Shown here one piece after another: positions 23,671 through 35,728 of a DNA stretch of 64,000 bases. The DNA lies in the NCBI GenBank assembly GCA_030770535.1, contig JASVEC010000001.1, positions 496,001 through 560,000 of the forward strand, written 5' to 3'. Each line of letters starts with the position of its first letter. Within the stretch, counting starts at the first letter, position 1. The translations under genes and the position numbers were made by a program. Source of the stretch: Batkoa obscura (lineage: Eukaryota). The notes under the pieces were generated by a model. That model ran no database searches and had not been told where the DNA came from. It saw nothing but the letters and a program-made list of their open reading frames with translations.

Positions 23671-25252
23671 CTATTCTTGCTCTAATGGAATATCCTATTA
23701 TAAAACCTATTATTATCAATTCATTATAACAAATTATATAAAACTTACCTTTTCTTTCGCTTGATTTTTAACATGTTCAAAAACTTTTAAAAATTTCCTA
23801 CGTGCTCCCAAAGCAGCTACCCCTTTCTCTGAAAGTTGTTCATCTGTAAGTTTAATAACTTCTCTCCAAGTTAAACCTTCAAAGATAGGTGTATATTTAT
23901 GAAGTCGAAGTGAACGCATCCATGCAGGCACACCTGATTTTTAATTTTTAATGTTATATAGTTTAATAAAACTTAACTTACTTTCTATCATTTCAAAATC
24001 AACTGGATCCAATGGTTTAGGTTCTTTCGGACCTTCTTCTGGAACTGGGGATGGTAAATTAATAGATTTGGAATCGGGTGCTGCTGGTGATTTTACAAAA
24101 CTGCCATCTGTTGGTGTAGCTGCCCAAGAAATTGGTGAATATCCAGATGAAAATAAACCTGGTGGTACAGCTGGAGATTTTAGTGCTTTGCTTCTAGCAC
24201 TTCCTGGCCAATGAGGAGAATCAATTTTAATTTCAACATTATCTACTTTTAATGTAAGATTATTTGGATTTCTTCCTTTAGGTGTTCCACTACCACTACC
24301 CTCTCTTAAAGATCCCCAATTTGGATCCGCATTATGGCTGGCTGAACGTGGACGCGAAGCTTCAGTAGTGTCTTGTCTATTATTATTCCATGTAGCTGTT
24401 TTAGGTCTGGATGTTCCATTAGAACCCTCTTCTGATCCCCAACCAGAAGCTGCATTAACATCAATGGATGGTATCTTTTTTCCTTTAAATGAATCACTAA
24501 AACGAGCTGATAGTTTCCCATTACCACGCTCCCAGTTAGTTTTATTGCCTTCCGGAATATCAGAAAGAGAAATACGCTTAGAAAAGTCCTCTTTAATACT
24601 AAGACGATTAGCTATACGTGTATTTCCTACAGTAGTGGGGAAACTAGTACTATCTGGATTAGGGATTGGCATAGAATGTCTCTCCCCAACTTTTTTTCTA
24701 TTCGTAGTAGGAATATCTACCAAAGCTTAAAATAAACTTTAAAACTAAGAATATAAAAGATCAAAAATAAACTTACATTGTAAACCAGATCTTGGTCGTG
24801 GGCTTAAAGCTTCGTTAATAGGATCTTTTGTCATCTTTTGTAAAACGGTGATAAAAAATCGAACTTGTACATTAGTAGCTTGATGGATTAAACTATAAAG
24901 AGCAGCAGTACGCTCTGCTTCAGAAAGAGCAGAGAACCAGTTTTCAACAGCACCAAGTTCCTCTTTGAAAGAGGGTTCTAAGCTTGCTTTGGCCATCTCT
25001 TCAAGAGTTCTTTCATATTGAGTTAAATCTTCAAACCATTTTTCAAGTGCTTCGTCTAAAAATAATATTAACTAATAATTCAAATAAAAAACGTAGTATA
25101 TTGCTACCTTCTGGAGACGATTTTTTAGCATAAATCTCAGAGATGGGACGAGCCAAAGGGCTTTTAGGGTCAACTGGTGGGGTTGCTATTGGGTTGGATT
25201 GAGGTTGTTCTGAAGTAGAAATAAATTGCTCAGAAGCAGGACGTTGAGACAT
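23671..25252 (-). CDS. VTS1: Vts1/Smaug SAM-domain RNA-binding protein (5 exons)
   Basis: [45 protein letters not shown] domain [10 protein letters not shown]...[15 protein letters not shown]. Confidence 0.92.
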
Positions 25253-26491
25253 TATTAAATTTGGCTATTGATTATAAAAATAGTAGTCAATCTAAGCACA
25301 GCTATCTTAAATTTAAAGCACAGCTTAGTGGATGGTATAAATAAAAACTTAAATTTTTGAATTTTTTGATCTTTTTTTAATCAGGTGCAAATAATTAAAA
25401 TTGCATAATTAATCTGTTAAACTTAACGTTCATTGGTTCTTTTTTTGTGGTGAATTTCAACACCTATCTCCAAAACATTGTGACGCTTATAGGTGTTAAA
25501 TATATTATATAAAGATCTTTGGTTTAAACTATTTTATAAAAGTTTATCTATACTTATAAGTAGTAATATATTACATAAACAAAGTAATGTTTTGTATGGC
25601 CTAACAGTTCCTTTATCATGTTAAATTTAAAATTGACAATGATACCATAAAGGAAATTTTATTACTTTTCTATATTTGAATTGTTTATTCTTTAATAATT
25701 TCCTTATTTTCTCAAATTAAAACGTTTATTTTTAATATAATAATCTATCAAAGTAATATATTATATGAATAGAATTTAATATTAAATATAGAGGTTTAAA
25801 ATAAAACCATTGTATTGCTTCATAAAGCTTAAAACGCTATTTTTATATCAAGGTTTATAATAATTTAAAATAAGAGTGAAAAATTATCAAAATTATAATC
25901 AAAATATTTAAGATACATCCATCTGATTGACAACATATGACTTCAATAGAAGGTATCAAAGCACTTGTAATAGTAATATAGTTGAATATACATGTTTTGA
26001 AACATTATCTATTAAAAGTTTATTAGACTAATTATAAAGTTTGTATAATTCAAAATTCAAAATTTAAGTTTAAAAAAAATACACTGTTGTTATTGTTCAA
26101 AAATATTTAAAATATTGCTTTGATTGTGCTGTCTCAATAGATGAATTTTAAAACGCTAATAGTTGACATCTAAGCTTAATGTAGTTTTCCTTACTATTTG
26201 TTATTAAATTCATACATCAAAAACTATAAACGTTCTTTATGATATATACCTATTAAAAAGTAAAATCAGAGAACAAAATAAATGAATCATTTAATCCCCT
26301 TTAGCTAGTAAAAGCGTAAAAGTAAAGATTATAAGCAATAATATAAACATATTAGAAAAATGTGTTTGGAGTATAAACCTTTCAAAATGCTTTAAAACTT
26401 TTAGGACAAACATGCTAAAATAAAAAATTAACTGTTTAAAAGTATAAATACACATAAAATCCAATCTAAAGGCTTTTTATTAAGCTTTAAA

Positions 26492-27046
26492 ATGATCTAT
26501 TTTCTTCCTTCATTATTATTTTTATTTCACATAATAAATGCAAGTTCACTTATTGATAGTTTTCGTGGTGCAAATGATTTATTGAAAACATTTTGTCCAA
26601 GCAAAGACAATATAAACAAAAATTTAGTAGGCATTTATAAAGAGGATGATAAAAGCTCTAAGGTAGTTTTGTATAACTATTTTAGTGAATTGCAATTTGA
26701 TGGAACTGGAAGTTACTATTTATATAAGAATTTCTATTGTCCAAGTGGAGTACAATGTCCTCAAACTTTTTCCCCTATCCTTCCTACTATGGGTCACTTC
26801 TCAATTGAAAATATTAAATGTGAAGGCTCAGGTTTAGCTTTATCCTTTGATTTAAAATTAACAGAAACTGTAAATCCTTTGAATAGAAAAGTGGACCTGG
26901 TGAATCAAAGTACATACACTTACAGAGTGAGTTCTAGCAGTGTGAAATCGTTTAAATCATTATCATTTTCCGATGGCACTGAAAGTAAACTAGTTTTGAA
27001 ATTAAATGATAAATGTGTAGCTAACAAACCACATGACCAATGCTAA
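26492..27046 (+). CDS. Small secreted cysteine-containing protein of unknown function
   Basis: 184 aa; hydrophobic N-terminal signal-like segment, CPSGVQCP motif, TATAAATA about 50 bp upstream. Confidence 0.7.
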   Translation: MIYFLPSLLFLFHIINASSLIDSFRGANDLLKTFCPSKDNINKNLVGIYKEDDKSSKVVLYNYFSELQFDGTGSYYLYKNFYCPSGVQCPQTFSPILPTMGHFSIENIKCEGSGLALSFDLKLTETVNPLNRKVDLVNQSTYTYRVSSSSVKSFKSLSFSDGTESKLVLKLNDKCVANKPHDQC

Positions 27047-28007
27047 ACCATCACTCATACCCAGGGTACAAAATGTCATAGCAGCAAATGTAAATTTGTT
27101 GAAAATATCGATGGATAGCTTTTGATGTTTTAACGACGTAATTTTTATTAGGTATTAATGAAACACTTTGAATATGAGTTGAACTATCTTTCAAATGTAC
27201 CTACTGGCTTATCTGCTCTCCAATGTTTGTATGAATTTCGATTTTGCTAAATCTTAGCTTTTACTACATACTCAACAAATTTAATAAAATGATTTTTTTA
27301 AGAGCATTTATTTAACTTATTTGTCTGTACATTAATCTTAATTTTAAACATTCTATAATAAAGTGTTGTAAATTAGAATAAACTCACTACGGATTAGGGT
27401 AAAACCGACACAAGTATACAAATTATAAAATGTATATTTTTTTAGATATTGCTATTACTAATGTTAATCAACGTAAAAATGAGAAAAAATTATTTAAAAA
27501 AATAGTGGTCTAATAAAAAGAATAGAATTTGTTGTTAGAATGATTGGATTATCTGAGTTTAGTAATAAGATCTAAATTACTTAGCATAGTAGATTTAACT
27601 ATCTACTATTAAATTAAATAATCTATTGAAATTGTAATGCGTTGGCATTTATTAAATGAAATTTAACTAAGTTTTCTCCATGGTTAAGTGGAGCTGTGGC
27701 GTTATTTTTTTATCAGAGTTAAAATAGCCAAAATACCAAAAATTTGAGCAAATAAAAGAGTGGTTAAACTTGTAGGTAACTTTTAATTGGCTCGATTACA
27801 GAAGTTTAGAACGAAGGGATACGCAAAATATAAAATTTTTAAAATTTATTGGCCGCTTTTTGAAAATAAACAAATCAATTTAAATAACTGAAAAATTAAA
27901 AAAGAATCAATCACCACATTAATGTTTAATCATTTTTGAGTAGTTAAGTTTGTAAAAAGGGAGTAAATAAACGTAATAATTCTTTAAAATAGCAGGTTCG
28001 TTTTAAA

Positions 28008-29861
28008 ATGATCAATAAGTATATGTCAACAAGAGAGTTCCAGTTTCGGGCTTCTAGGGCCCCAAAAAGCATCTATATGCGATGTGACAATGACGAATTA
28101 ACTTCAATAGAAAAATTTCGGGAATCAATGGACGAGATGTTAGATATACCTGACGATGAATTTCTAACAAAGAATGAATGTAGTGACGAAGAATTAATGA
28201 AAGTTTTCAAATTTGAAAGCCCAGGTCCTGGATTAATCGCATCGAGTGATACCAATGATCATGATTCCGAGCCTGAGTCGTTCAATTCAGCAGAAATAAA
28301 AAAGCATGAAGAAGCCACTATGCAAAATTTAGCTAGAAGAAGGCGGTATTTTACTTCATTTAAGTATAAAGAGCATCTCGAGCCTGTTTTTTCACAAGGT
28401 AGTAACATGTTTGATCCTGATGATAACTCTATGTTTTCCCACTTTAATTTAGGTAGAATGGATGATTATGCGCTATTTGGCGTTACAGAAAAAGATAAAG
28501 AACAATTTGATTTTAACAAAAATAAGAATAAGCCAGTTTCTACTCTAAGTGAAAAAAATGGTTCAATTGTTTCCAATGATAAAAATAAGGCAACTAGCGT
28601 TTCTGATGACAAACCAATACGTGGAAATGACTTTAGAATGCCAGATGATATTCAGGCATACTTTATTAGATATACTAAAGCTTTGGCTGAATGTGAAGCT
28701 AAAGGTATGCCACCAGAAGAAATTGCAATCGTTGTACCAAAGATGTTAGATGAAGAGGATAGACTTAAGACGATGAAAGAGACGCCTGTTACCAATGGAA
28801 ACAATGTTAATAGCGAAAAGAAATCTAATCATACGAAGGCTAAATCAATGTCAATTGTAATAAATTCAAATCAAATGATCAATAATATAATTTCTCCAAT
28901 CCCAATAACATCACTAGCCATAGCACCTAATTCTGCTAAACTTTCGACTCCAACAAAATCACCTAGTAAGCCTTCTTTGAAATCATCATCAACAACCAAA
29001 GCTATCAAATCAGTAAATATCAATAAAATTGATGACAATAGAAGACATTCAATGATGAATGTGCCTACCGAAGCTAAAACATCAAATAAAAAAGATGAAC
29101 GAAGAAAAACTACTATTTTAAGTGGTGGGTCATCAGCTTCATCTATCAGACAGAGAGTTCAACCAACTTCAACCAATGACAATCGACGCAATGGAGTTAT
29201 TTATTCAAATATACAGCCAGTTGCTTTAAAACAAAGTAACTCAACGCCAGTTATAAATAAGCTGAGACCAGTTTCAATGCAGATTAGTAAATCTGATTAC
29301 AAATCAGCCTATAATTACAACAGTGGATCAGTTGAAAGAGTATCAAGACTTATTGAAAGTTCTGAAGAGAGAAGAAAGTCATTCAACCAAGCTATTATGC
29401 CTAGTTCTCCCAATTTACATTCTAAATCTAAATCCATTTCGCTTGCGTCTCCTAACTCCCCTAATTTACATTCCAAATCTAAATCTATCTCCTTTACGCC
29501 ACCTGATTATCCTAAATCAAATTACAAAATAGTACCAGCATCAAATGATATAGTCAATGCACTACCAATTAATTCAAGTAGTATACAAAGTAGCTTTAAA
29601 CCAGCTTTAAGTGCTAAATCAATATTAAGTAGCAATTATACTAAAGACGACTTGTTAGAATTAATTAAAGAAAATAGGGCACCCAAACCTAATTTTTTAC
29701 TTAATAGAGCTTTGTTACTTGGTGAAGATAAGGCAAGAAGGGATCCTTTTATCCAAGCGTATCTTAGAGAAATTAAGCTAAATAGAGAATATATTTTTAA
29801 AAATAATCCTTCATTTATTTCTAAAATCCCAAAGCCTGAGTTGCCCTATCCGAATGTTTAA
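28008..29861 (+). CDS. Hypothetical protein, largely disordered and S/N/K-rich
   Basis: 617-aa intronless ORF with an internal 17-aa duplication (PxSPNLHSKSKSIS twice); no family recognised. Confidence 0.75.
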   Translation: MINKYMSTREFQFRASRAPKSIYMRCDNDELTSIEKFRESMDEMLDIPDDEFLTKNECSDEELMKVFKFESPGPGLIASSDTNDHDSEPESFNSAEIKKHEEATMQNLARRRRYFTSFKYKEHLEPVFSQGSNMFDPDDNSMFSHFNLGRMDDYALFGVTEKDKEQFDFNKNKNKPVSTLSEKNGSIVSNDKNKATSVSDDKPIRGNDFRMPDDIQAYFIRYTKALAECEAKGMPPEEIAIVVPKMLDEEDRLKTMKETPVTNGNNVNSEKKSNHTKAKSMSIVINSNQMINNIISPIPITSLAIAPNSAKLSTPTKSPSKPSLKSSSTTKAIKSVNINKIDDNRRHSMMNVPTEAKTSNKKDERRKTTILSGGSSASSIRQRVQPTSTNDNRRNGVIYSNIQPVALKQSNSTPVINKLRPVSMQISKSDYKSAYNYNSGSVERVSRLIESSEERRKSFNQAIMPSSPNLHSKSKSISLASPNSPNLHSKSKSISFTPPDYPKSNYKIVPASNDIVNALPINSSSIQSSFKPALSAKSILSSNYTKDDLLELIKENRAPKPNFLLNRALLLGEDKARRDPFIQAYLREIKLNREYIFKNNPSFISKIPKPELPYPNV

Positions 29862-30379
29862 CTTCAAGTTTTTATATTAAACTATAATTAATTTATTGTA
29901 AAGTATTTATCTTTGTGTACATGGCTTTTATCATTCAACTTTATGCTAGCATTAGCTACTGAGTAGAAAAGGTGCTGGTTGAAATGAATTATAATATTTA
30001 GTAAAGTTGCCTTTTAATTCTGACAAAGACACTATAATTGAAATACAGAATCTAGTTTCTATATTTTCAATAATAATCAGGGATATCATTTTTATCATTC
30101 CTTTAGAGCTTTCATTTATTTCTTATTGTAACTAATATTTAAATATGAAAATAATTCTTCTTGATTTGATCCTTTGTTATTAAAGAAATATCCTAATATC
30201 TGTTTATAACCCTTTCTGAAAATTTGTACTATTATTTAAGATAAAACACACATTGATACTGCTACAAAAAAGTTTCAAGATAACCTCTGAATTTATTACA
30301 ATATAAATTTATACAATTCCATTTAAATAGATACTAAACCAAAGCTAACCATGTAATCAAAGATTGTTTGTTTTGGCAA

Positions 30380-32674
30380 TCAATTATCAGTGATAATCTT
30401 AAGCGGATGTGCTCCAGGGGATAGAATAAACGCATTTAGATCTAGATAAAAGTCTAAAGAAAGGTCATTAATAGATGAAGCCGAGTTGCTTCGATTTGGA
30501 ACTTGCTCAAGGGGCGAGAATAACAAATATAAATATTTTAAAGTTTTTGATAAAAAGCTGGAGGGCATTTCTCCCAACAATACTTTATTTGAATTTTGGT
30601 ACTTACGTTCCATTAACACATTATCATAAGTGGAATACCCATACTTAACTTTACAATGGTTTTCAATTGCCTATATAAATTAATTAAAATTAGTTGTCAA
30701 AAGACTAAGTAAAATTACTATAAATATATCCCATCCCATTTGTTGATATTTTCTATCTTCAGTTCTTCTATATAAATAAAAGAGGGATTCCATCGTTTCA
30801 CTAGATAATAAAAAGTTGGCATCATAAATTGAAAAATAATTTTCTTCAAAGAAAGTGGAATTAGTAAATGAAGATATTTTCGAGTAATAATCATTAGGAT
30901 TAACACCCAAGAAGTATATGTGCTCTGGAGCTAATTGAGTTGGGGCGGATTTGTATAAATTTAAACAAGTTGATGTTATATTTTCAGCAAGTTCGATATC
31001 TTTAGCTCTGTTTAATATGGGTGAACTTAATGCAATTAACCCCGGAAAAAAACAAGAGTAGTGACTCATTGCGTATTCCAATTCATTATTAGTGTTCAAG
31101 CCGCCCAAAAATGTTTTACTCATATCTGGATGACCAATCACCAATTTACGTTGTATTGCATTAAGAGACTTTAAATATTTCTCTTTTAATTTTTGGTCTT
31201 TTCTATTTAATAATAAATATTCTTTAAATAATACATCATAGTATCTTCCACCATCTTTATCTAAACTTGATTTTCCACTTGGTTTAATTACTTCAATATC
31301 AAACTGAGTTGGAAAAATGTCTGGTGTATCTAATATAGTTAAATCAAATAAGTTTCTTACTAAATTAGCTTTTTCTATGTATGTTTGGTTATCTGTTAGT
31401 TTTCCGAGTTTAATAAATTCCAGTTGAAAGGAACTTAATTTAGAGATCGTTGTCCACTTTTCGTTAGTATTGTCACCATTAAACTTAAAGGTTGATGTAG
31501 GTAAACCATGGGAAGTTTCAAACGCTATCATACTTAATTGCGCCACTTCTTCAGCTTTAGCTAACAAATCGTCATCATTTGTAAGTTCATACGCCCCTAA
31601 TAAGCCTCCCAAACATGAGCTGATAAATTTATCGAACTCTACGATCCCGCTCTGAACAATAAATATTTGTTTATCAAAAAATAATTAAAATAGTTTACTA
31701 GTTTACTAAAGTCTACTGTCAAAGCCTGTTTCTTCGCGTTTTCAAACTCTTCTTTTAATCCCATTATTATAAGCGTATCTAAGTTATCAAATAATGTCAT
31801 CCCAAAACTAAGTTTATTATAAAAATTATTCCTTTCTTGTAATAATTAATTTACCCTTGATAGCTATAAAATAAATAAATAAACAAATAAATAAAAGTCA
31901 GAAAACAAATTACTCATCGGTATATGTTTTCCTTAAAGGCAATATTTGATCGTGACCAAATGCTAACTCTTTATAGCTATTCCAACCATGTAAAAATGAT
32001 TTCCTAACCTGTAATCTTCTTAGCCTATCTAGAGCTTCCCATCGAGCGTTTTGAACCTTATCACTGGAGCCTTTCAAAAACTTTGGAACCCATGAAAAAG
32101 GATTACCTTTTTCTACATTTTTAGCATCCCTTATCTGGTGTAACAAATTCAGTTTGTGCTGTTCCGAAGGAGGCAGATCGCTAAAATCAGTCGTATAATG
32201 GCTTAACATTTCATTTAACATCTCACTTATCCTTTCATCTTGTCTATTGTATTCCTGATCCGCTAAACTGGTTAAGTTTCTGTTAAACTCAAATTCGGAG
32301 TCTTCGTAGCTTGCCAAAGTATTTACATAATCGATATAGTGGCTCCAGCCCAAGATGGAGAAAAAGACAATGGAAGTTGAGACGATTATAAATATAATAG
32401 CTGGCTTTACATAAGGCCTTTTTTCATTCTTTTCATCAATCCAATATTTGATTTCAAAACATATATCTATTAACTTATTGAATATAGAATATTTGGATAA
32501 AGAGTCTAAAACGCGTTCAAACGGATGATATATTATTTTGTTCATAAACTTGGACCACCTACTTTGAGCCCCTCTTTCTTGTGTTGTATCATTGAGTTGA
32601 ATCTCTTCCTCGTAGTCTATTCCTCTTACGCTTTCATACTCACTTTCACTACTATTCACTCGATTATAATACAT
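30380..32674 (-). CDS. GH47 alpha-1,2-mannosidase-like type II membrane protein with degenerate active site
   Basis: FLHGWNSYKELAFGHD, FGMTLFDNLDTLIIMG, LGGLLGAY, HYSCFFPG, LAPE, ESLFYLYR, TLKYLYLLF, AHPL; one TM helix; four introns including a 9-nt micro-exon. Confidence 0.9.
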
Positions 32675-33478
32675 GATTTCTGGCTATTTAAAAAAGTAAA
32701 AAACAAAATTTTAAATTTTCGCATTTAAATTTTCTTAGTTTCTCCGCTATAGGAACTTGGATGGAAAGGAGTGAATTTGTAAAATCGATTAAGAGCTATA
32801 TTTGGGAATAACCTTTTTCTTTCAACATTTTGTTCATTTTTGAGCCTAAAGTTTGGAAACATTATTAGTAGACTTTTAATTAAAAAAGCATGCTAATTTA
32901 TTTAAACATACAAATTTTCAAAAAATAGCTATCTTAATTAATTAATTTATTCATTACATATATTTAAAAATTAAAAACAAATTATCATATATGATTGTTA
33001 TAAACTCACATTGTTATGCGGTTTCCAGCTTTTAAATGCTTCAAAGATAAGTTTTATTATATGAAAAATAAAATTATACTTAATCGTTTTTACAGCAATT
33101 AATAATTTTAATCAATTTTATGACATTTTATTAATATGTGTGAGTTTGAGAAAGTTAGATGATTGAAATTTTAGTGCATTTTATTTATAATGAGCTCAAT
33201 TCGAAAAAATTATGTATTAGAATGTTAAATAATCAACTAAAAGCCTATTGAAAGTTTTAATTTAGTAATTTTGAATTTATATTTTTTGTATTACAAATAC
33301 AAATAATACTAAAATTACTTTTATATTTTATCCAAAATAATACTTGATAAAAAATGCACATTAAATCTAAATAATAAAACAATAGTTATAAAAATAATTC
33401 AATTTTATTAAAAAGATTAAAACCTTAAGTTTGGAATAAACATACTACAAATAAATATTCAGAAAATCAACTTTAACA

Positions 33479-35728
33479 TTAGGGTTGTATCCTCGAGTTT
33501 ATACTAATACGCATGCGTTCTATAGCATCGCTAACAGTTAAATGTACATATCTTGATGCATTACTTACAATTGGTTCAATCTCATCGCTTAAACCATTTA
33601 TTTTAAAATCGCCTTCTTCAATTAGTTGGACGTTAGCTTCGGTGGTTTGGTTATGAAAGCTTCGTGGTAAAATTGGAGCAACTGGACTTGTAACTCCAGA
33701 AAGTTCCAAAACTTTTAATACTTGAGGATTAGTTGACACAAAATGCATCTCAAAGAATTTAGTATCCTCGTTAAAGTTTAAAGAAGAAGAAGCAGAGTTT
33801 TCTCCACTAGCGCCTTCGATTGCAAATTCCTGATCTATATTCTCTTTGGACTTTACCTCAATTATTGTTTTATTGTCATTAACGCCAGCATACCTTGATA
33901 ACATGTCTCTGATATCAAATAAACCTTGTAGTCCAGAAGAGTCGATTAAATTAACTGAACTAAAATCGAAAATAATAGCTTTAAGATATGTGAGAGATTT
34001 AGAATCTGGAGCAGCAATACCAGTTTGCCTTTCTCTTGCTGCTCTAAGCTTATTTCCTCTTACTTCTAAATCATCACACCATAATTTATCTTCCGGATTT
34101 ATAACCGCAGATCCAGATTTAGTTACTTCCAAAACAACATCTAAAAGGCTATCTCTGATGTAGTCAATATTTGGAAATATTAATGATTCTTGAGGCTTAA
34201 AGATGAGTACTCCTGGAAGAGGAGAGGATGTTTTATATCCTGGATGTTTTTGATCAATAAATACTCCAGATCTTCCAACAACTTGAGCCAATAGATATAG
34301 ATGTGGGCGTGCAATTTGGTATACTAAAATAAGGAAAGCTAAACCTACTGAAGAGGCAATACCAATTTCTGCTCCTGCAAAAAAGGTGGCTAAGGTTGCT
34401 AATAAAAATACTAGACAATCACTTGGTTGAACTTTCCAAAGGTCTAAAACAACTTTGTAGGAAGAAATAAGAGAAGAAGCAGAAACTATAATGATAGCGG
34501 AGAGGGTAGCACTAGGTATATAGTAGAAAGCAGGGGTAAGGAAACCTAGAGCCATTAATACGACTGTACCTGTCCAAATCCCGGCAAAAGGAGTACGTAC
34601 TCCAGACTGGGATTTTACTGCAGATCTTGAAAAGGAACCAGTTGCTGGGAAAGCACCAAAGAAAGAAGCAAAGAAATTACAAACACCCAAAGCAAAGAGT
34701 TCTTGAGAAGAAGAAACTTGGTAACTAGATTGACGAGCAAAGGCTTTACACAAAGCAACATGTTCTAAAACACCAATAAGAGTAACTGGAATCAACTCTA
34801 ATGCTACATCCGATAATAACTGTGGGTTAAGATTAGGTACCCCAATGTAGTTAAATCCTTTTGGTACTTCTTTTACAATTTTCAATGTAAATTTTGGGTT
34901 GGAATTAAATACCAAGAATGAAATGATAGTGAAGATTAACACAGCAAGGCCATTAGAAGCAATTTTTAAAAATCTAATTGATGGGTATTTTTTTAAAAAT
35001 CTTTTAGAAATGAAGTCCAGGATAAGGATGAAAGCTAATGAACTAAGTCCGAACGCAAGGTCTCTCCAATTAAGATTTGGTATGTTTGTAAAAAAATTAT
35101 AAATAATTGTGATAGTAGGATCGTTGGATGATACATTAGGGATACCCAATAAAGGGGCAGCCTGAGTAAGAATAATTGTGAATGCAGAACCTGTAGTAAA
35201 TCCAATAATAACAGGATTGGGAATTAAATCAAGTAAAATACCAAGCCTAAATATACCCATGATGAAAGTTATCATAGATCCTAAAAAGGCCAGAGCAACG
35301 GCAATATCTACCGCAGAAAATTGAGATCCATGATTTAACACCCTTGTAACTACAGAGCCCACAAGTAAAGATAATACAGCAGTAGGCCCAACAGAAATTT
35401 CTCTTGAAGTTCCCATAAGAGAATAAAGCATGACACCCATAAAACCAGTATATAAGCCATAAACTACAGGCAAATTAGCCAATTTTGCATATGCTAAAGA
35501 TTGAGGCACAACCATAACACCAACAGTTACACCAGCGATAAAGTCGCCTAAGAGCCATTTTCTATTATACTTGGTTGCCCATGAAAATATCGGAAAAAAA
35601 GATTTAAAGTAGGTTGGAGAGGCTTCTTTTATACGGTGAAGAGTATGGACTGTCTTTTCTTTAAAATTTAATTCACCAAAGTAATTTCGTGCTTCAATAT
35701 CGTCTTTTAATTTTAACTGTTCGTTCAT
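33479..35728 (-). CDS. SulP/SLC26 sulfate permease with STAS domain (paralogue 2)
   Basis: 749 aa, intronless; VPQSLAYAKLA, TGSFSRSAVKSQSG and STAS motifs intact. Confidence 0.95.
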   Translation of the reverse strand: MNEQLKLKDDIEARNYFGELNFKEKTVHTLHRIKEASPTYFKSFFPIFSWATKYNRKWLLGDFIAGVTVGVMVVPQSLAYAKLANLPVVYGLYTGFMGVMLYSLMGTSREISVGPTAVLSLLVGSVVTRVLNHGSQFSAVDIAVALAFLGSMITFIMGIFRLGILLDLIPNPVIIGFTTGSAFTIILTQAAPLLGIPNVSSNDPTITIIYNFFTNIPNLNWRDLAFGLSSLAFILILDFISKRFLKKYPSIRFLKIASNGLAVLIFTIISFLVFNSNPKFTLKIVKEVPKGFNYIGVPNLNPQLLSDVALELIPVTLIGVLEHVALCKAFARQSSYQVSSSQELFALGVCNFFASFFGAFPATGSFSRSAVKSQSGVRTPFAGIWTGTVVLMALGFLTPAFYYIPSATLSAIIIVSASSLISSYKVVLDLWKVQPSDCLVFLLATLATFFAGAEIGIASSVGLAFLILVYQIARPHLYLLAQVVGRSGVFIDQKHPGYKTSSPLPGVLIFKPQESLIFPNIDYIRDSLLDVVLEVTKSGSAVINPEDKLWCDDLEVRGNKLRAARERQTGIAAPDSKSLTYLKAIIFDFSSVNLIDSSGLQGLFDIRDMLSRYAGVNDNKTIIEVKSKENIDQEFAIEGASGENSASSSLNFNEDTKFFEMHFVSTNPQVLKVLELSGVTSPVAPILPRSFHNQTTEANVQLIEEGDFKINGLSDEIEPIVSNASRYVHLTVSDAIERMRISINSRIQP

